Origin: Geosiphon pyriformis uo1
Lineage: Eukaryota; Fungi; Glomeromycota
DNA length: 64,000 bases
Direction of reading: 5' to 3'
Assembly: GCA_016748015.1 (NCBI GenBank)
Contig: JAAOMT010000258.1
Coordinates: 126,173-190,172, forward strand
Under the pieces are notes generated by a model. It worked only from the letters and a program-made list of their open reading frames with translations. It had not been told where the DNA came from and made no database searches. Positions 57,065 through 64,000 of the stretch are shown here, piece after piece. How positions within the stretch are numbered: position 1 is the first letter of the stretch; every line of letters starts with the position of its first letter. Made by a program: the position numbers and the translations under genes.

Positions 57065-58399
57065 TCAGGAAATATCTTCAGGATTAATTAAAGGGGAATG
57101 TGTACCAATTTGTGAAATTAATGGTTCAGAATTGTTTTTGAAATAATAGTGTTTCAATCTATTTCCATGTGCAACTTTTGCTAGTATTCTGTCATCAAGT
57201 CTTAACTTGTATGATCTATTGCCTAAAATTTCGTGGATATAAAATAGTCTATCCCATTTGTTTTCAAATTTTCCACTCCATTGTTTTTCAGCCTTAGTTT
57301 TGTGTAAAAAAACTTTATTTCCAACTTTAAATTTATTGGTAATGAGTGGTAATTTGTTGTCATGTCTTTTTTTTTGTTGAGCTTGAAAATATTTAATATG
57401 AGTTGCTACTATTCTTCTTTTTTCTTCCAGTGTACTAAGAAGAGTGTAAATTCTTTTTCAGAGTGTTTTTTGAAAGTTCTCTTTATTAATTGGTTGCACA
57501 GGGTATGTTTCTACTGTGAAATTAATTGGTAATATTGCTGTCTTTCCATAAGTTAAATCAAATGGTGTGTGTTTTGTAGTATCTTGTTTTAGTGTTTTGT
57601 ATGCTAATAACACTAATAAAATAAAGATATTTCATTCCTGCTCAAAATTTGTTAAGACTTTGACTAGAGATTCACACAATGTTCTATTGAAACATTTTAT
57701 AAGTCCATTTGTTTGAGGGTGATAAGATAATAATAGGGGTCTTTTGACATTAAATCATTCACAAATTTCTTGTATCAAGTTGTTTACAAAATGTGTTCCT
57801 TGATCAGATAAAAGTTTAATTGGGCATTCATGTTTACAAATAATGTCTTTATAAATGAAATTTGCTACTGATTTTGCATCTGCTCTTTAGATGGCTCTAG
57901 CTTCAAGCCATTTGGTAAAATAATCTACTGCAACTGCAATATAACAATTTTCTTGGGTTGTAATAGATAATAGTCCAATTAAATCAATTTCAACTCTGTC
58001 AAATGGTTGTCTAACTTTGATTGGATTTAAAGGTTCTGTGGGGCGAGTTTCTTCTCTTTTTTGACAATTATCACAAGATTCTACATATTGTCAAATGTTT
58101 TTTTGCATGTGAGACCAAAAATAATATTCAAGGGTTCTTTGGATTGTTCCATCTTTTCTCAAGTGTGCTAAAGATGGATCTGTGTGCATGTTGTATAGAA
58201 TTGTTTCTTTTTCATTTTCTTGTATTAGTCTGAGTGGTTGGTTTGAGTTTTTGCAATTTTTGTAATAGATTTTGTTGTGATGTATGAAATATTGTTTGGA
58301 TTGATGTTTTAATCGATTTTTTTCACTTGGAGACCAATTTTTTGGCATGGTAAAAGTCTCCAAATAGTTTTTAAGCTTGTTGTAATTTCTGAAATCCAT
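57065..58399 (-). pseudogene. Gypsy integrase (HHCC, DDE core, GPY/F-type C-terminus; no chromodomain seen)
   Basis: HTDPSLAHL...SCDNCQ; EIDLIG; LLSDQGTHF; PQTNGLIKCFN; pol stop at 57065-57067. Confidence 0.9.
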
Positions 58400-58459
58400 T
58401 GTTGTTCTGTTACTTTAATATGTTAATGAGTTGTAGTGAGATTGTTGTTGGTGTTAATC

Positions 58460-59720
58460 TTGTCTCATTCTTGAGAAACTATCAACATTGATGTGTAGTT
58501 TTCCTGGTTTGTGGTGTATAATATATTTGTAGTCTGTTAGGAAGTCATTTTATCAAGACTGTTTGGCACTTTGTTCAGTTTTCTTTTTATTGAGCCATTT
58601 AAGACTAATATTGTCAGTTATGATGTCAAATTCTTTTCCATTTTTTAGGTATTGTTGAAAGTGTTTGAGAGCCCAAATGATTGTGGCAGTTTCTAGTTCT
58701 GTTGAGCCATATTTGAGTTTTGTTGACTTGAGTGTTTTACTAGTATAGGCAATGACTTGTTTTTGACCATTTTCATTTAATTGTAACAGAATGGCACCAA
58801 ATGCTATGTGTGAAGCATCAATGGCTAGTTGAAATCATTTGTTGAAGTCTGAGTAAGCAAGAACTGAAGCTGTTGTTAATTTTGTCTTAAGGGTGTCAAA
58901 GGTTTTTTGTTGTTTTTCAGTTCATTGATATGGCATGTTTTTATTGGTAAGATAATTGAGTAGTTTGGCAATTTTTGAGAATTCTTTGATAAATTTTCGA
59001 TAGTAAAAGGCTAATCTTACAAATCCTCATAGCTTTGTGGTATTTTTGGAAGTTTGAAAGTTTTTAACAGCATTGATTGTTTCAGAGTTTGGTTTGACTC
59101 CATCTTTGCTAACTATGTGTCCAAAAAAAATTAAGCTTGTTTTCCCAAAGTGACATTTTTCAATATTCAATTTCAATCTTGCTTTCTGTAATCATTGAAA
59201 AACTTCTCACAGATAGATAAAATGTGCTTTAAAGCTTAGTAAATATACATTAGTGTTATCAAGATAGACAACTACTGATTGCCATAAGAGTTCTTCATAT
59301 ACAATATCCATAAGTCGCTGAAATATTGCTGGTGTATTACAGAGTCCAAAAAGCATAACATTGAACTCATAGTTTCCTTCTTGAGTGGTAAATGCTGTTT
59401 TGGGTCGATCTTTTGGATCTATTTTGACTTGTCAGTATCTACTTTCCAAGTCTAAAGTTGAAAAAAACTTGGCTTTTTTCAGAGCATTTAGCATGTTATC
59501 AATTCTTGAAAGAGAGTAGGCATCTCCAATTGTAACACTATTCAGTTGTTGGTAGTTAACACAAAATCTGATTTTCCCATTTTTTTTCTTAACTAGAACT
59601 ACTAATAAGGCCCAAAAACTTTTTAATGGTTGAATCAATCCATTATTGAGCATTCTTTGAACTTCTTTCCTGATGAATTAATGGCTGGCAGATGGCATTC
59701 TGTAAGCTTGTTGATGTTTT
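58460..59720 (-). pseudogene. Gypsy reverse transcriptase and RNase H
   Basis: KIRFCVNYQQLN, FSTLDL, MLFGLCNTPAIFQ, VYLDN; RNase H AIDASH, ELE, ITDN. Confidence 0.92.
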
Positions 59721-60192
59721 GGTGAAGCATTTTCTGTATGAATCTAATGTTGAACAATATCAGTTTTTCCCAAATTATTGTTGTTTTTTGCAAATATATC
59801 TGCAAATTCAGCTATTAGCTGTTTCAATTGTCTTTGTTATTGGGGTTTTAAAGAACCCATGTTGATTTAAGAGAGTTTTTCTTCCAAAAGATGGTAGTTT
59901 TTAGTGGTAAAGATAATGTTTGGATTTGGAAGTAGAGTATGTCTTATAATTTCGATGAAATTAGAAACAATTTGAGAGTTTTTATCTTAAAAGATATTAC
60001 TGTATATGATTCCAAACTCTAATTTGTTTAATAAGATAATAGGGTAATTATTGGAGTTGTAGAATGTAACTTATTCTTTTAGGAATATAAATGTTTGGGA
60101 TTGAGATTTCATGCTTCAAACAGACTTGTTCATTGGACTCAAAAATTTGTTGAGTAGTGATGGGTTTTGAGCAAGTGTAAATTTTGTGATGT

Positions 60193-61123
60193 TGTTACAG
60201 GTAATTCTTTGAAGTCTCAGGTCAAATATCAAACCTGTAACTTGGTGCTCAAAACTACTCATGTTGTTGATAATATTTTTAAATGGTTGGTATCTGAAGG
60301 TTTTCTAAATGAGTTTTTTGTATAATAGACAGAGATTCAATGGTAACAGTTTATCAGTAGTTTCTTGGCACCATAGTTTTGCCAATTGCTTGCTCAACTT
60401 GATGGTTGATAATTCTCCTGGTACGATATCCTCCATAAGTGTATACCAGTGTGGTTTCCTGACGTCAGTTCCTCCATAAGTTCTTCAAAAGTAAGTGTTG
60501 TTTAAGCAAGTTTATTCCTATGTAAGTCCTCCAAAAGTAAGTATTTTTTTGTAAGCTTTATTCCTCTGTAAGTCTTTCAAGAGTAAATTCTTTAATCAAG
60601 TTAGTAGACAACAAAGAAAATAAAAAAAGATAAAAGAGAAAATAAGAAATAAGCCAAGGCAATTTGCAAGTTAGTATTCCATCAATAGCCATGATTAAGA
60701 GCTATTGTTCCAGTATGGTTAAGTATCAATTACCATCAACATGAAGTGTTGATAGTGGAGAATGAATTTGATATAGTGAATAATTATTTATTTGAGGATT
60801 GTGGTAACTAAGCTAAGAATTCTTGGTGTTTCTTCTTTTTTTTTTGCTTCTAATGCTACTGCTATATATACATATTTGAAATTTCTCAATTTCTCAATTC
60901 CTTGTAACAGGAATTCTGGAATTCCTGGAATCCTGCAATTCCTGATGAGAGGAATCCTGGAATTCTGGAATCCTGCAATTCCTTGTTGGAGAATCCTGAA
61001 ATTCCTGGAATTTTACAATTCCTCTGAGAAGAATCTTAGAATTTCACATTTACTATGTCTACATCTGATTGGCTAATATCTACTAACTGATAATACTATA
61101 TTTCCTATATTCTATAAGTAACA
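60193..61123 (-). mobile_element. Solo LTR (931 bp) of another family inserted in family A pol
   Basis: TGTTAC...GTAACA termini; 4-bp TSD ATGT (60189-92 / 61124-27); removal restores the host sequence seen at ~25390. Confidence 0.85.
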
Positions 61124-61224
61124 ATGTTCATCATAAAGTAAAATAGTAATTGATTGGAGAAGTTGAAAAATCTGGTAAAATTTATTTTGTGTATTGAGAG
61201 CTATGTTTACTGGTACTATAAATT

Positions 61225-61655
61225 GTCCAGTTAAACCAAAACCTTGAGTTCTTCTTTTACTTTTTCTTAATTGTTCTCTGTTGTTCACTGATTGTAAACC
61301 CAAAATATTAATTAAGGGTAGGTAAATTGCTTGGACAATTTTTTCAGCATGTTCAATCCTGAATGGTTTGTCTGTTTCATTTTACAACATGATGGTAATA
61401 TCTCCAGTATATTTTGCATCTATGACTCCTCTTTTAACATTAATTCTTTTGCTTGTCAATGATGATCTGGATGCAATTTGAACCATTGCTCTAGGTAGAA
61501 TTTCAAGAGCAATTTTGAGATTGATTTTTGTTAAGAACTTTGGTTAGAAAACCAAAGTATTTTTTTCTGGGTATCTTAAATCATATTCAGTATTAATTTC
61601 GTGTACTTTTTTTGATCTGATTCCTTGGCCATAGTTGTCAAAATATTTAAGTTGT
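61225..61655 (-). pseudogene. dUTPase domain within the Gypsy pol (two in-frame stops)
   Basis: All five trimeric dUTPase motifs in order: TEYDL, IASRSSL, GVIDAKYTG, EKIVQ, RRTQGFGLTG. Confidence 0.92.
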
Positions 61656-61759
61656 AGAGGTGGTTGATTTTCAAGAAGATAGATGGAGATAGTTGGTAGT
61701 TCTTCTATCAGTTCAGATACTCCAAATTCGATTTTTTTTTCATCATTTTCATTTGGCAG

Positions 61760-62527
61760 GGGAATGCTAAGAGCATAACATTCTAAACACCATTGGTCAT
61801 CACAAGGCATAATATATTCTTCACATAATTGAATGTTCATTTGCTTTAATCATTGAATTTGAGCTTCTTTGGTTGAATATGTATGACTTGCAATTTGGTG
61901 GTAGGTTTTTACTTCATCTTCATAATCAAATCTAGCTAATTCCATAGTATACTCAATATATTCAGCTTTTTTCATTTGGCAGATATCTTTTTGGATGGCT
62001 CTATTGATTAATGTCATTGTTAAGTCAAAAATTATTTCAGTATCATAAGAGTAGTAATAAAACTTATTAAGAATACTGTTGTATGCTGCATCAAATAGTG
62101 TTCCTCTTTTGAATTTTTCCGAAATTGATAGAACATATTGACAGGTTTGATCACATACTCCTTCTCTCATTGCAACATCAATCCAGTTGTATTCTTCTGA
62201 TAGCATATCTTCACATGTAAGACAAGGTGTGTTGTTCCATTTTCCACTTTTTTTTGGGGATCCAAATCGTTCTCTATGGCATGCTTTACAGAAGTAGCAG
62301 GTGTGAGTTTTATATTCTTCTTCTGAGGAAATACAGGCTCCCATAAATGAAAGCTTTTTTTTGCAATCTTTGTATTTTAGTGGGATATATAGTAGTTTTT
62401 TTTGTGATTCTGATATAGAATATCTAACTTCTTTCCATTCTCTTGATTCTTTAAAAATCTCTTGTTCTGTTTCTTCAATCCAATTGGATGTTAATCCAAG
62501 AGCCATGTAGGTTTCAGTGAGTAGCAT
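61760..62527 (-). pseudogene. Cys-rich and helical domain of unknown function between protease and dUTPase
   Basis: ORFs 61850..62527 and 61544..61840 are in one frame; CYFCKAC, CLTC, CDQTC, CEEYIMPCDDQWCLEC; present in the 18-kb and 42.5-kb copies. Confidence 0.75.
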
Positions 62528-62599
62528 TTCTTTCTCCTCTTCAAATTCAAATACTAGGGCTTTTTCTGATCATTTGTTGAAAGTATCACAAGTAGCAGG

Positions 62600-62960
62600 T
62601 ACTATGATGTATTGTTCTTGGTATGAGATTTTTAGTTCTTGAGTTTCCCAGTTAAGTTTGAATTGGCCTTAAGAAGCCAATTATTTCCAACAAGAGCTTG
62701 GTATTGGAATGCATTCATAACTAGGACTTTGACTGAAATAGTAATTCTATTAATGATAAATAGGAAATTGTTAATTTCTCCTACTGGTATCTTTTTTATA
62801 CTATCTGCTGTAACAATTACAGTTTGGGCTGGTCTGTCAACATTTTGATTAAGTTGTTGCATTAATTGGTATGTGATAATACTTCCAGTAGATTTACTGT
62901 CTAAAATTAATCAGATGGGTTTTCCTTCTACTGTAGCTTCAGTGTACATAGCAGTAATAG
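62600..62960 (-). pseudogene. Retropepsin-type aspartic protease
   Basis: PI*LILDSKSTGSII (LDSG relic) and ALVGNNWL. Confidence 0.85.
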
Positions 62961-63159
62961 CTTTTTGCTCATTGACTACTGCATTGCTAAACAAAAATGG
63001 TGATTTATTTGCTTCAAATTCGAATAAGAATATATCTAAAAAGTTGGCATTTTGAGCAATTTGGGCTGGTAGAATAGTATGGTTGGAAGGGTTTAATTTT
63101 GGTGCTACAGTTTCACCTTCAGAAAGTGCAGTTTTTTGAAAATTCGATTCTTTAGGCAT

Positions 63160-64000
63160 TATAAGATAACTGGGTTGAGTGTGATAGTGAGTGGGTCTTT
63201 GCTAACCAGAATTTTGAGAAACCAACTAGTTATTTGAGTTGATTCTGTTGTTGTTATTCTGAAATTGATTTTAAAGTGTGAATTGGTTTTGTTGAACCAA
63301 TCTTTGGGCAGATACTTGGTATTGTTGTGTAGATGGCTGTTGATACTGTTGGATTGGTAAAGGTTGTTAATAGTGCTGCTATGGAGCAAGCTGATAGTAG
63401 TTGTTCTGCTGTTGGAGTCTTGAAGAATAGTAGGCTGGTGGTGGTGGCTGGTAATAAGATTGTTGTGTTGAAAAATAATGTTGATTACCCCTGTTTTGTT
63501 GGTCTCTTTATAGCTTTCTGCAATCTTGTTTCCAATGTTCTGGAATTCCACAATAATAACAACTTTGGTTTTGACTGTTTGATAATAATGAATAGTTGTT
63601 TTGGTTTTATCATTGTGATAACTAATACCTTTGTGGTTGTTGCTGTTGTTGTTAATTAGTGAAATAGTTCTCAACCTTTTTTGTAAGTTGGTCAATTTTT
63701 TTTTCAGCTGCTGAGCTGGTTTCTCCAATAGCAAGATTCACAAGTTTGGTATGATTTGCTTCTTCCATTGCCATTTCATAGTTCTTTGCATATCTAATGG
63801 CTGTTGCTAAGTCTTCTGGAGCATGTAAATAAACTTTCTTGATCAATTTGTCTTTTAATTCTGCTACAAACTGATCCAAAATCTGAGCATTGAAATAATA
63901 GTCATTGGTTTCCAATTGTTGAATTCATCAAAAAAGTTTGTTAAATCTCCCAAAATAGGTCATGACAGTTTCAAATGTTTCTTGTTTGATATTGTGAAAG
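63160..64000 (-). pseudogene. Gypsy gag (capsid C-terminal part, zinc knuckle, Q/N/P-rich tail)
   Basis: QILDQFVAELK; CYYCGIPEHWKQDC (CX2CX4HX4C, ~63515-63562); same frame as the protease. Confidence 0.88.

Larger units (their letters stand above)
54293..64000 (-). mobile_element. Ty3/Gypsy family A, best-preserved copy (5' end runs out of the window)
   Basis: Ordered gag(CCHC)-PR-Cys-rich-dUTPase-RT-RH-IN-ORF3-PPT-LTR; carries two younger insertions. Confidence 0.93.

Noticed and set aside
60470-61045. Repeat clusters resembling a CRISPR array
   Set aside because: No constant repeat with unique spacers, no cas genes, eukaryotic LTR context.
60792-61076. 94-aa ORF with repeated GILEFWNPAIP
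   Set aside because: Translation of the LTR's short tandem repeats; not a credible protein.
63159-63734. Overlapping ORFs 63159..63734 (-) and 63333..63659 (+), and the similar pair at 41197-41475
   Set aside because: Shadow frames of the CAA/AAC-rich gag tail; no independent motifs.

Overview
Very AT-rich eukaryotic (fungal-type) DNA made almost entirely of nested, decayed transposable elements; no intact host gene, RNA gene or CRISPR array is visible. From memory the TE proteins resemble Glomeromycotina predicted proteins (e.g. Geosiphon), which I cannot verify. Contents: three RNase H-type LINE copies (full-length at 1043-7957 with a 12-bp TSD; a minus-strand copy at ~47.9-54.3 kb; a young 5'-truncated copy at ~55.9-56.8 kb); several copies of one Ty3/Gypsy family ('family A') with an unusual gag-PR-[Cys-rich domain]-dUTPase-RT-RH-IN polyprotein plus an extra ORF3 in the env position; relics of other Gypsy families; a solo LTR; a Tc1 (DD34E) element; and a pogo/Tigger-like relic. 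Decay is dominated by C>T/G>A changes and worsens from inner (young) to outer (old) nested elements. One family A element appears split by a ~17-kb inversion (25994-43152). A 1749-bp apparently exact duplication around a 20-N gap is probably an assembly artefact. Boundaries of the most decayed relics are approximate; all alignments were done by eye.
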